Origin: Candidatus Levyibacteriota bacterium
Lineage (GTDB): Bacteria > Patescibacteriota > Microgenomatia > Levybacterales > UBA12049
Direction of reading: 5' to 3'
DNA: 54,181 bases
NCBI GenBank assembly: GCA_018061075.1
Contig: JAGOUW010000005.1
Span: forward strand, 1 to 54,181
The notes beneath the pieces are model-generated. The model was not told where the DNA came from. It saw only the letters and a program-made list of their open reading frames with translations, and made no database searches. The position numbers were made by a program, and so were the translations under genes. This document shows positions 1 through 9,720 of the stretch, in pieces; the stretch's first letter is position 1, and every line of letters starts with the position of its first letter.

Positions 1-1
1 G

Positions 2-607
2 GATATCTTACAGGCCTTTAATGTTTTTGAAGATTCGAACATTAAAAATGCTTATTACGAACTTAACATATCATGCCCCAATTTATTTGGAAATATATCG
101 TTTTACCCGCCAAAAAACCTCGATGAACTTTTATCGACTATGGACGGGATCAAACTGAAGAAGCCTTTATTTATTAAAATGCCTATTAACGAAACTGATA
201 CCAATACTTTAAAAATGCTTGAAGTTATTGTGCGACATAATGTAACCGGTGTAATTTTTGGAAATCTTCAAAAAGACAGAAAAAATCCCGCAATTTTAAA
301 AGATGAAATAAAATGGAAAGTTGGAAATTTTTCAGGCCTCCCCACTCAAAAAAGAAGCGACGAGCTAATCAAGCTTACTTATAAACACTACAAAAATAAG
401 CTTATAATAATCGGCTGCGGTGGTGTTTTTTCGACAGAAGATGCTTACAGAAAAATCAAACTAGGCGCTTCTCTGGTTCAACTTATAACCGGTCTAATAT
501 ATGAAGGGCCGATGCTGGTAGCAAAAATCAATAAAGAGCTTTCGGAAAATCTAAAAAAAGACGGCTATAAAAATATTTCCGAGGCTATTGGTTCGATCTC
601 TACTTAA
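2..607 (+). CDS. pyrD: dihydroorotate dehydrogenase, C-terminal part (5' end lies off the window)
   Basis: The frame is open from base 2. The translation reads ...YYELNISCPN..., then IIGCGGVFSTEDAYRKIKLGASLVQLITGLIYEGP, which are DHODH active-site and FMN-binding motifs. The ATG at 140 in the ORF track is internal. Confidence 0.85.
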   Translation, partial: DILQAFNVFEDSNIKNAYYELNISCPNLFGNISFYPPKNLDELLSTMDGIKLKKPLFIKMPINETDTNTLKMLEVIVRHNVTGVIFGNLQKDRKNPAILKDEIKWKVGNFSGLPTQKRSDELIKLTYKHYKNKLIIIGCGGVFSTEDAYRKIKLGASLVQLITGLIYEGPMLVAKINKELSENLKKDGYKNISEAIGSIST

Positions 608-1709
608 ACTTAAATGTTTTTAAGAAAGTTATAAGGTCATTATGATATTTTTTAGACTGCACATCTAACTCATTTGGATTTTCTCCGGCTTTATATTCAT
701 ATGAAACTGTCCAAACGTAATCATCTTTAATAATATGATATGAATCAATGCAACCCTCCCAACAGCTTACTTTTCTTATCCATTCATTTGATCCAAGCAT
801 CACCATTTCAACACTATCCAGATCATCTTGTAGCGGAACAGGTAAATTATTTATAATCTGTTCTTCTAGTGATAGATTTGGATTTTTAACTTCTCGCGTA
901 ATACGTATCCTCGCACCTTTTAATATCGTCGGAATTAGACTCTCCTCGAGATCAATTGTCTTAAAATTAATTTCCTTATCTGGGCTATCATGATGATTTC
1001 GACCATCCATTTGCTTAACCCATCCAGAAGGAATTACATAAGTAACAAACTCATCTAAAGGTTTTTCTTCATTTGTGTATGCGAAAGACTTTAACACTTC
1101 AAAAAGTTTTGCATTATTGCTTTCAAAATCTCCATCTATAATGAAATAAAAATTTATAGCTTTCTGATTTGGAACACTATATAGAGACACATAATCACTA
1201 ATTCCCCCATCGGCATTCTGGTAACGACTCCTGTTTTCAGCATAAAGACCAACTTGAATTCTCGATTTCTCGTTCTTACTACCATTCTCGTTCGGGGTTT
1301 TTTCATGAGTATAATATCCGCGGCTATCAGAAGGAGGGAAATTTTGAATAATAATTTCGTTATCTGAAGAGGTTATCTTAAATGTTGGAGCACCTTCTTC
1401 GCTAATACCCTCCTCTACTTTCCAATCAGAAGGAATATCTAACTTGAATGAGTAAAACGAATTCTCATATGATGAGACATCAACCTCTTGGATAAGTAAA
1501 TTTTGAATTTTACTAGAAAACTCAGGTTTTGTAGTTAACCCACTATAACTAAAAGCTCCAATTGAAATAATAACAACTAATACGAAAATGCCAATTGGAA
1601 TCCAATATCTTCGCGGTTTATGATTTTGTATCTGATTAGCATTTTTAGTTTCAACTTGCAGATTCTCTTCAGCCTTAATCTCTTCATCCATAATCTTAGT
1701 GTGGAACAA
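600..1709 (-). CDS. hypothetical signal-anchored exoprotein (member of the YxFxxP paralog family)
   Basis: 369-aa ORF with an N-terminal TM (WIPIGIFVLVVIISIGAFSY), followed by the motif SFYSFKLDIPSDWKV that is shared with six other ORFs in this window. Confidence 0.6.
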   Translation of the reverse strand: MFHTKIMDEEIKAEENLQVETKNANQIQNHKPRRYWIPIGIFVLVVIISIGAFSYSGLTTKPEFSSKIQNLLIQEVDVSSYENSFYSFKLDIPSDWKVEEGISEEGAPTFKITSSDNEIIIQNFPPSDSRGYYTHEKTPNENGSKNEKSRIQVGLYAENRSRYQNADGGISDYVSLYSVPNQKAINFYFIIDGDFESNNAKLFEVLKSFAYTNEEKPLDEFVTYVIPSGWVKQMDGRNHHDSPDKEINFKTIDLEESLIPTILKGARIRITREVKNPNLSLEEQIINNLPVPLQDDLDSVEMVMLGSNEWIRKVSCWEGCIDSYHIIKDDYVWTVSYEYKAGENPNELDVQSKKYHNDLITFLKTFKFK

Positions 1710-1738
1710 TTAATTTATTTAGTCAAATATCTCGGAGG

Positions 1739-1906
1739 CTATTGGGGTGTCGAATCGAGGATAACTTCTTCTTTAACAACCTTTTTCTTAGGATCAAATA
1801 TATTTCCGGCTTTTACTTGATTAAAATTTCGTGTTTGATCCACGGATTTATCTAGCGCTTTTTCTGAAAATCCTGATTCAAATATTGGTTCTCTTTCTTT
1901 ATCCAT
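1739..1906 (-). CDS. possible 55-aa K/E-rich small protein (below the ORF-track cutoff)
   Basis: Open ATG..TAG frame, MDKEREPIFESGFSEKALDKSVDQTRNFNQ..., co-directional with and 30 nt upstream of the 600..1709 gene. No homology could be judged. Confidence 0.25.
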   Translation of the reverse strand: MDKEREPIFESGFSEKALDKSVDQTRNFNQVKAGNIFDPKKKVVKEEVILDSTPQ

Positions 1907-1936
1907 TTTAATTTTCTTTCAGAATTATAGCATTTT

Positions 1937-1945
1937 TGGTATACT
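1937..1945 (+). promoter_or_regulatory. extended -10 element (TGgTATACT) upstream of tRNA-Cys
   Basis: TG-n-TATACT lies 11 nt before the mature tRNA 5' end. The -35 is poor (TTTCAG). Confidence 0.35.
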
Positions 1946-1955
1946 TTACGCACTA

Positions 1956-2027
1956 GGCGCGGTGGCGAAGCGGTAACGCAGCTGTTTGCAGAACAGATAT
2001 ACAGGGGTTCGATTCCCCTCCGCGCCT
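1956..2027 (+). tRNA. tRNA-Cys (GCA)
   Basis: 72-nt cloverleaf folded by hand. Acceptor GGCGCGG/CCGCGCC, anticodon loop TTGCAGA, T arm AGGGG-TTCGATT-CCCCT. CCA is not encoded. Confidence 0.9.
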
Positions 2028-2129
2028 CAATAAATCGAACCTGGCCGGACTGAGTGAAACGAAGGAGGCGGGGTCGCGAGACTCGCGCGAAGCGAGGACT
2101 TGTGACTGAGATTCCCCTCCGCGCCTCAA
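2011..2129 (+). repeat. 20-nt direct repeat GATTCCCCTCCGCGCCTCAA (2011-2030 and 2110-2129) bracketing a 79-nt GC-rich spacer
   Basis: The two copies are exact. Copy 1 is the T-loop-to-3'-end of tRNA-Cys. Copy 2 lacks the rest of the tRNA. Confidence 0.9.
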
Positions 2130-3277
2130 AGCAAATCTATATCTACCCCATTATTCATTCCTGCAACCCTTAACGCGTTCATTAACTCATTCATCAAATA
2201 ATCCACAGCTTCTGGATATGACTGTCTAGCAAACTCGAAAATCGGAACATAATTATCAATCGTAGAAATTATGGTTGCTCTTTGCTTTTCTGGCGGCATG
2301 GAATCAAGCGTTCTAACATTATGAAGCCTATCGGGTATTTTTATAAGCAGCGCTTGATGATATTTTGTTAAATTCAACCTGTAAAGCGCGTTTGCCTGTT
2401 CTTTACTAAACAGTGTTATCCCATCTGGCTTCGGCCTTGCGAGAGACATTGTGTAAGTTGCAGCAATTGGCCCTATCAGAGGAGCCAAAATATTCCATGT
2501 CTCCTGTCTCCATTCCACATAAGACTTAGAAGCAACTCCAGTTTCTGGATCTATTTCTGGCTGCTGCATAGTTGGGGAATCTTCTGGAGCGTCATGAACT
2601 AAAGCCGCTTTTAAAATGTCTGGATCTTTAATTCCTGACTTAATAAGCTCTTGCATTACTGCCCATGGATGAGAAATATAAAGCTCTCCACTCTCTCTTC
2701 TCTGGGGACGCATTTTTCCATCTGGACCTTTTACCCTATGATGCAATTCGGCAACCATTAGGGAATTCTGAATTTCTCTTATGTCTTTCTCGCCCCACCC
2801 ATTCTCCCTAACATATTCTTCAAGCATAGTCTGTAGCTCCATAATATCTCTATCTGCGGGATGTGATCCGTCAATTAATTGTCTTACTGTTACATCAAAA
2901 TCCGATGAGTATGGTCTTCTGAAACTTGTAAAATCATGATCATATGTAATTTGCGGATCTACTTCAGCAAGATCTAATCTAAAAGTGTCCACCCGTGGAC
3001 TATGGGGAGAACCAGCAAAAACAGCCAATCTTAAACTTCTGGAATTATCTCCACCTAATAATGTCAAATTAGCTTCAATTCCTGTATCAACATCCACTGG
3101 CAATTTTCCATCAAAAAACTCCGACATTCCATCGGCTTTTATTAAAATTTCCATCGGAACTTGTAAAAAAACGGCATTTCTACCGTTTTTATTTTCTATT
3201 CTACTTGGGGCTGTCGAAATTTTTGCGTCAATTGCGTCACCAATTCCGCTATACCCCACTTCAATTTCGTTTAGCAT
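2126..3277 (-). CDS. HD-domain protein, RelA/SpoT-type (p)ppGpp hydrolase-like, with an unassigned N-terminal domain of about 170 aa
   Basis: Motifs ELHHRVKG...HPWAV...ALVHDAPEDS...IKIPDRLHNVRTL match the SpoT/RelA hydrolase HD signature. No synthetase motifs are present. The TGA stop lies inside repeat copy 2. Confidence 0.65.
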   Translation of the reverse strand: MLNEIEVGYSGIGDAIDAKISTAPSRIENKNGRNAVFLQVPMEILIKADGMSEFFDGKLPVDVDTGIEANLTLLGGDNSRSLRLAVFAGSPHSPRVDTFRLDLAEVDPQITYDHDFTSFRRPYSSDFDVTVRQLIDGSHPADRDIMELQTMLEEYVRENGWGEKDIREIQNSLMVAELHHRVKGPDGKMRPQRRESGELYISHPWAVMQELIKSGIKDPDILKAALVHDAPEDSPTMQQPEIDPETGVASKSYVEWRQETWNILAPLIGPIAATYTMSLARPKPDGITLFSKEQANALYRLNLTKYHQALLIKIPDRLHNVRTLDSMPPEKQRATIISTIDNYVPIFEFARQSYPEAVDYLMNELMNALRVAGMNNGVDIDLL

Positions 3278-3333
3278 AATATTTGACTCGTAATTGTACC
3301 ATAACTTAGGCTCATAGTCACTAATTTACCCAC

Positions 3334-3355
3334 AAAAAACCACCCCTAAGGGTGG
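3334..3355 (-). terminator. intrinsic terminator downstream of the 16S transcription unit
   Basis: The minus strand reads CCACCC-TTAG-GGGTGG followed by TTTTTT. Confidence 0.65.
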
Positions 3356-3381
3356 CATTTGTAGCACATTTTCATCAACTA

Positions 3382-3394
3382 AAAAGTGGTAGGA
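3382..3394 (-). other. 3' half of the pre-16S processing stem
   Basis: AAAAGTGGTAGGA is the exact reverse complement of 5230-5242, which lies on the other side of the 16S gene. Confidence 0.6.
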
Positions 3395-3636
3395 CAACAT
3401 AGAATTCCTCACTCCTAAGTAATAGCGGAGTGAGATAGGCTCTAACGCTTGAATAAATTCAAACTGAAACCTAGTGCCTTTATACAGTCTTACATCAAAC
3501 TAAAAATCAATAAGTTCAAAAAGAACATTAGAGATTAATAATTCTTGTCCTCGATAAAATCGGGACTAGATTTATCTGTCTTCTCCACATCTAAATTTGG
3601 TTAACTCTTGCGAGTTTATGTCCTAAAAAAATTTAG

Positions 3637-5128
<1,492 letters not shown>

Positions 5129-5229
5129 AAATATATCTAGCAAAGCTAAACATATTTAAAAATTGACGAAGTTCTTCTCTGATAAATCAGAAAAAAATAC
5201 TTCATCTTGCTCTTACATAAATGTAAGAA

Positions 5230-5242
5230 TCCTACCACTTTT
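5230..5242 (-). other. 5' half of the pre-16S processing stem
   Basis: TCCTACCACTTTT pairs with 3382-3394 over 13 bp. It lies about 105 nt upstream of the mature 5' end. Confidence 0.6.
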
Positions 5243-5290
5243 CAATTGCTGAAAAGTGTGTTTGCATAATGTGCTGTCAAAAAAATAAAT

Positions 5291-5302
5291 TATTAATGAG
5301 CA
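5291..5302 (-). promoter_or_regulatory. boxA-like antitermination element in the 16S leader
   Basis: The minus strand reads TGCTCATTAATA, against the E. coli rrn boxA TGCTCTTTAACA (10 of 12 matches). Confidence 0.35.
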
Positions 5303-5364
5303 AATGGCTTTTCCCTACTAACTCTTTTCCGTTGTTAGCCTTAGAATCACCCAAACGTAAAGAC

Positions 5365-5386
5365 AAAAAATCCCGCCTGAAGCGGG
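5365..5386 (-). terminator. terminator-like hairpin in the 16S leader (attenuator, or the end of a short transcript)
   Basis: The minus strand reads CCCGC-TTCAG-GCGGG followed by ATTTTTT. It lies about 40-60 nt downstream of the consensus promoter at 5433-5460. Confidence 0.5.
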
Positions 5387-5432
5387 TTAAGAAACCTAAC
5401 TTTGGCGATATGACTTTACATATGTACTAGAC

Positions 5433-5460
5433 ATTATAAACTATATTTAAGCATTGTCAA
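5433..5460 (-). promoter_or_regulatory. sigma70-type promoter directed toward the 16S gene
   Basis: The minus strand reads TTGACA, a 16-nt spacer, then TATAAT. Both hexamers match consensus exactly. Confidence 0.7.
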
Positions 5461-5485
5461 GCTCAAATCTGGTATAATTCAATAA

Positions 5486-5872
5486 ATGAAAGTAATAAAA
5501 AATGATTCAGCAATTTCACTAAACAAGCCTGATGGGACAAGGATTAAATATTTTCTGTTTGATGAATATGAAATTCATTCCAATGAGTTAAAGCCTAACT
5601 CTATTCAGCAATGGCATCATCATGAAAAGATTTGGGAGACGCTTTATGTTATCGAAGGAAATCTTAGCTTGATGTGGAAAAATAATGAGAATATTCTAGA
5701 AGAAAAACTCGAGCCTGGCGATGTTGTCGAAATGGGTAAAGAATCGCATTCAATAGCGAATAATTCGAAAGATATTGTACGGTTTATCATCGTAAAACAA
5801 ATGTTAAGTGGGTCAAGCAAAAGAGAGCTATTTAAACAAGACAAAATTGTGGATAATCAATCGCTCAATTAA
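5486..5872 (+). CDS. cupin domain protein
   Basis: QQWHHHEKIWETLYVIEG ... PGDVVEMGKESHSIAN matches the two-motif cupin signature. Confidence 0.7.
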   Translation: MKVIKNDSAISLNKPDGTRIKYFLFDEYEIHSNELKPNSIQQWHHHEKIWETLYVIEGNLSLMWKNNENILEEKLEPGDVVEMGKESHSIANNSKDIVRFIIVKQMLSGSSKRELFKQDKIVDNQSLN

Positions 5873-6913
5873 TTAAGCTCTCTTCAAGCTCACTAAGAGG
5901 TCATCAAAATATTTCTGTATCCACTCTTCGGATCTTGGAAATCTTTGTGATTCAAGCCTTCTTTGAGTTAAATAAATACCTAGATATATTTGACTACGAA
6001 TAAATTCTTCGAAATTTTTTGGCAAATATCTTTCCGAAATTGAATTTGGAATTCCTTCATAATCAGCAGAGAATAAACCACATCTAAAAGTTGCTCCATC
6101 GGCTGCTTCTGCGCCTGCAAACTGAGGCCCAGGAACAATCCATTCTGCCATTGGATCTCCCCAGAATGCTCTTTCCGAATCCAGTACCCCACTTATATGG
6201 AAACCATCGTCGCCTTCTTTAATTAAGATATTTTTAGGCCAAAGATCTCCATGAACTAATCTTGGTTTTTCAATACTATCTAGAAAACTTTCACTTTCCC
6301 TAATCACTATCGCTAACTCTTTCGGAGCTGTTGAATCAAGAGAATATTTGTCAAGATCTTGAATCATACCATTTTGTATATTCAATAACGCTGAACTCCA
6401 GCTGGATGACTTTGGCATTGGATTTGGAAAGCCAAACCCTTCTCCAACCACATCATTTATTCTCGCTGAAATTTCTACCAGCTGATTCCACAATCTTAAA
6501 TTATCCACAGACGATAATCTGCTGGTAACCTCTCCCCAATTCTCACCCTCAAGATAATTTAAAATAGCAAAATCTCTCCTTATTGCTTGTCCAGTAAAAT
6601 CCACATAAAGAAAAGTAGGAGCTTGATCCACTACATGGGTTAAAGAAGCTGATACAGAATGCTCTCTACGAAGTAAAAATTGCTCATGTGAGTAAACTTC
6701 CGATAATGGATCTGGGGCTATTCTGAGCACTACAGTCTCCCCATCTTCAGCTTGCATACGATATGTAGTATTGAAACGCCCAGATTTCAACTCCACAACT
6801 TCAGATACTTTTTGATCATCGCGAAAGACTCTCTTACCAATTATATTCAGATTTCGCACATCAACTGGTAGCTGAAAATCTTTTCCTGTTGGCTGTGATT
6901 CTAATGGATTCAT
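5873..6913 (-). CDS. phosphotransferase (APH / choline-kinase-like) family kinase
   Basis: LVHGDLWPKNILI (catalytic loop) and VLDSERAFWGDPMAEW (DxD-type metal site) are typical of the aminoglycoside phosphotransferase fold. Confidence 0.7.
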   Translation of the reverse strand: MNPLESQPTGKDFQLPVDVRNLNIIGKRVFRDDQKVSEVVELKSGRFNTTYRMQAEDGETVVLRIAPDPLSEVYSHEQFLLRREHSVSASLTHVVDQAPTFLYVDFTGQAIRRDFAILNYLEGENWGEVTSRLSSVDNLRLWNQLVEISARINDVVGEGFGFPNPMPKSSSWSSALLNIQNGMIQDLDKYSLDSTAPKELAIVIRESESFLDSIEKPRLVHGDLWPKNILIKEGDDGFHISGVLDSERAFWGDPMAEWIVPGPQFAGAEAADGATFRCGLFSADYEGIPNSISERYLPKNFEEFIRSQIYLGIYLTQRRLESQRFPRSEEWIQKYFDDLLVSLKRA

Positions 6914-7005
6914 TATTAAAAAAGCTTCTGAGGATTCTAGCCCAAAACATAACTTTAATCAATGCTTAGCTAGTGAAATAATTTAAAGCTCGGGGGTGGC
7001 TAAAG

Positions 7006-7347
7006 TCAACCCTCTTGCTGAGGTTCAACTAAATCGGTATTTTCAAATCCTGGTCGTCTCCTGCCAGATTGAATAACTGAAACTGCAGTACCTACAGCTA
7101 AAGCAGATCCCGCAACAAAGACAACACCCCCCACAACAGCATGATCCAATGATTGCCTCATAACTGGTGTGTTTGGATTCTCGTTCGTAGAAGTGGGGGT
7201 ATTTATACCCGCTTTAATCTGCTCTCCCTGAAGCCTCCAGAATTCATGTGCAGATGACAATGCGGTCGCACCCCCTGCTAATATGGCAAAGGTGCTTGCG
7301 CCTAATAAACCAACTCTTAATACATTTTTATTTTCTACATTTGCCAT
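7006..7347 (-). CDS. small two-TM Gly/Ala-rich membrane protein (paralog P1)
   Basis: 113 aa. TM1 is LLGASTFAILAGGATAL and TM2 is VVGGVVFVAGSALAVGTAVSVI. It has its own promoter. Confidence 0.6.
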   Translation of the reverse strand: MANVENKNVLRVGLLGASTFAILAGGATALSSAHEFWRLQGEQIKAGINTPTSTNENPNTPVMRQSLDHAVVGGVVFVAGSALAVGTAVSVIQSGRRRPGFENTDLVEPQQEG

Positions 7348-7356
7348 AATTTTGGA

Positions 7357-7385
7357 TTTATATCACTTACCTATTTTGTTGTCAA
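7357..7385 (-). promoter_or_regulatory. promoter of P1 (TTGACA-17-TATAAA), with the ATG 9 nt after the -10
   Basis: Hexamers and spacing were read on the minus strand. No SD is present. Confidence 0.6.
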
Positions 7386-7391
7386 TTAAAA

Positions 7392-7730
7392 TTAAGCTGA
7401 ATTTAATGTGTTTGGCTTAGAGCTCTGAAAAACAACCTGCTCTTTGGGTCTTATTAAAACAGATACTACTGCAGCTTCTGCGAGCGCTCCTCCTAGTGCA
7501 ATTAAAGCTAATTGTGCATCAGCGTCAGCCCTATTCTCTTGAATTACTTGCTCTCTGTCTCTTCTTATAACAGTAAGTGTGTGATCTTTTTCCAATCTTT
7601 GATATTCGGTTCTTGCAGCTGAATGATCAATCATAGAAGCACCATATACACCGCCCAAACCAACAGCAGGAACAATCCAAGCTGATTTTGCTAGTATTCC
7701 TTTTACTCCACCTAATCGCTCTCTAATCAT
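7392..7730 (-). CDS. small two-TM Gly/Ala-rich membrane protein (paralog P2)
   Basis: 112 aa. TM1 is AWIVPAVGLGGVYGASMI and TM2 is LALIALGGALAEAAVVSVLI. Same architecture as P1. Confidence 0.6.
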   Translation of the reverse strand: MIRERLGGVKGILAKSAWIVPAVGLGGVYGASMIDHSAARTEYQRLEKDHTLTVIRRDREQVIQENRADADAQLALIALGGALAEAAVVSVLIRPKEQVVFQSSKPNTLNSA

Positions 7731-7739
7731 ATCTGAGAC

Positions 7740-7768
7740 CTTATATCACTAAGCAATTTGCCTGTCAA
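7740..7768 (-). promoter_or_regulatory. promoter of P2 (TTGACA-17-TATAAG), with the ATG 9 nt after the -10
   Basis: Read on the minus strand. No SD is present. Confidence 0.6.
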
Positions 7769-7777
7769 GAATTTCCC

Positions 7778-7810
7778 ATAAAAAAATCTCCCTTTTTTAA
7801 AGAGAGATTT
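7778..7810 (-). terminator. possible terminator after the class II tRNA
   Basis: The minus strand shows an AAATCTC ... GAGATTT stem followed by a T run. The element is AT-rich and therefore weak. Confidence 0.35.
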
Positions 7811-7815
7811 AATTG

Positions 7816-7907
7816 CGGAGGGGGTACGATTTGAACGTACGATCCAGTCAAACTGGAACTTACCCGAAAACCGGTTGGGTGCACTAGACCTGCTATGCGA
7901 CCCCTCC
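7816..7907 (-). tRNA. class II tRNA (long variable arm, discriminator G73, Ser-type architecture) with a non-canonical anticodon loop
   Basis: 92 nt. Acceptor GGAGGGG/CCCCTCC, D stem GCAT/GTGC, variable arm TCCAGT-TTG-ACTGGA, T arm GTACG-TTCAAAT-CGTAC. The only 5-7-5 anticodon arm is CCCAA-CCGGTTT-TCGGG, which has an A-C mismatch and lacks U33. No Ser, Leu or Tyr anticodon is in register. Confidence 0.7.
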
Positions 7908-7918
7908 AAGAAGCAGTA

Positions 7919-7947
7919 ATTATATGATATTTCCTGATAAAATGCAA
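7919..7947 (-). promoter_or_regulatory. promoter of the class II tRNA (TTGCAT-17-TATAAT)
   Basis: Read on the minus strand. The -10 ends 11 nt before the mature 5' end. Confidence 0.6.
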
Positions 7948-8085
7948 GCGAAATCCTGACAGGAAATAGACTATAATCACTAATATATATAAAATCTAGT
8001 CTCAATAGATCTAACTGTCAAGTGTGGCAAAAATGCATACTGTGGACAAAAATTTTGAGTAGTAGTAAAATATACACTTATTAAA

Positions 8086-9720
8086 ATGAACGATAACCCT
8101 CTTAAGTCCCCAGCAAATACGGAAAATGAAAATAGTGCCGATAGACAAAACATCTCACCTAGAGATTTTGATACTGGCTCTACTCCCAGTGGAATAAAAG
8201 TTGATGAAAATACTTTCCAGAATTTTAAGGAAAAAGTCTTTAAATCCAGACCTAATGTAGCTAAAATGTATGAGGCGATAAACGAAGAGACTTTTTACAA
8301 CTACTCCAAATCTCATATTAGGGAGAATAGAAATAAAATTATTAAAGCTAGAAAAGATGAATTAGCTGAAACAGTCTATGAAGCGGTTAGGAAAACTTTA
8401 GGAAGTACTATTGCAGAAAGTGTAGTAAGACAGCTTAAGGATAATTCTAGTGTCTCGACTGTTCAGCACTCTTCCCCGCTTGGGCATCCAGATTCTCTCA
8501 ACACCATTCTACAAAACGCACTTCCATATTTTGATAGTAATAGGCCGGATTTAAAAAATGTAATCGTGATGGCATGTTCTGGAATTTCGTTTAACAACAC
8601 TAAGTTCCCAAGGGGCCATATTTTCCATTCGTTTGAAGGTGAGAAACTCTACACAGACGACATCACTCTTTTTGGCCATACCGTGGACGCCCTACCAGTA
8701 ATTCACCATGAACCATATGGCGCAGAAGGAATTAAAGAATGTCAAAATTGGCTTTTAGCATATGAGCGAGATGGAAAAATATCTAAAGAAACCAAACAAA
8801 AAATGAATTCCTTCGTAAACGAAATTTATAACACTCCACATCCTTTGTCAGCTGATGATTATTTAGAACAATTAACGATCACTAATTACTGGATTTTTAA
8901 AAAACTTTTCCAAAAATATAATAAATTTAGACCAAATCTTGTCTATTTATCTCAGGAAAAAATAACATTAGGCTTAATTAAGAATAATCATCTTAATAAA
9001 GATACTGTCATAAATAAAATCCTTTTTGATCCTAAATACCATGCTCTTTTGGATAAATATTTTGATGGAATTACAGGAGCTTTTAATAAAGAAATTGATT
9101 CGGGCACTTTCCTTTTCTGGGGACATCCTGTGGGTGGCTATAAAATTCAGCTAAAACTTGAGGGGAATAAATTAGTAGGAGAAAATAATTTTTCAGTAGA
9201 ACTTACGCCTGAGGGAATAAAAAAAGCAATCGAAAATAAGCAGTTAATTCCAAGCATTATGCTTGTCTTTATAGTTTTGGCTTTTTACTATGGCCTTTTC
9301 TTAGGCGGTGGTAACGAACAGGTAAACAATCTAACTCTCATGAAAGACGCATGGGTAAAAATGCTTCAAGAGGTAAACGATCAGGAAAATATTGAAGCCG
9401 TAGAAAATCTTATAACTACAAATTATGTGATTCCAAGACCACTTCTAGCTTTTGCGGAAGGACCAGATGATTTAAGAATTCCCGTTACAGCTTTAGATTT
9501 AATTATTTATGGAGATCAGGGCGCAAACTTAGGAAAATTAATTAATTCTACAAAAAATGTAACGGTCGGAGAACTTTTAGAAAGAGCATTCCCCTCTTTT
9601 TATAGAGAGTATGCGGTTAATGACTCTGAATACGAGGAGTTATCCAAACTTTATGAGCGGGATGTAGAAAAATTTAGAGGACTTGACGCAAAAATCCCTC
9701 CCCTTTTCACTTTTTCTTAA
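8086..9720 (+). CDS. hypothetical 544-aa protein with one central hydrophobic segment
   Basis: Long ORF with coding-like composition and a TM-like stretch, LIPSIMLVFIVLAFYYGLFLGGG. No family motif was recognised. Confidence 0.6.
   Translation: MNDNPLKSPANTENENSADRQNISPRDFDTGSTPSGIKVDENTFQNFKEKVFKSRPNVAKMYEAINEETFYNYSKSHIRENRNKIIKARKDELAETVYEAVRKTLGSTIAESVVRQLKDNSSVSTVQHSSPLGHPDSLNTILQNALPYFDSNRPDLKNVIVMACSGISFNNTKFPRGHIFHSFEGEKLYTDDITLFGHTVDALPVIHHEPYGAEGIKECQNWLLAYERDGKISKETKQKMNSFVNEIYNTPHPLSADDYLEQLTITNYWIFKKLFQKYNKFRPNLVYLSQEKITLGLIKNNHLNKDTVINKILFDPKYHALLDKYFDGITGAFNKEIDSGTFLFWGHPVGGYKIQLKLEGNKLVGENNFSVELTPEGIKKAIENKQLIPSIMLVFIVLAFYYGLFLGGGNEQVNNLTLMKDAWVKMLQEVNDQENIEAVENLITTNYVIPRPLLAFAEGPDDLRIPVTALDLIIYGDQGANLGKLINSTKNVTVGELLERAFPSFYREYAVNDSEYEELSKLYERDVEKFRGLDAKIPPLFTFS

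Noticed and set aside
7727-8005. ORFs 7727..8005 and 7765..7980 (minus strand)
   Set aside because: They overlap the class II tRNA, its promoter and its terminator. The sequences are low complexity.
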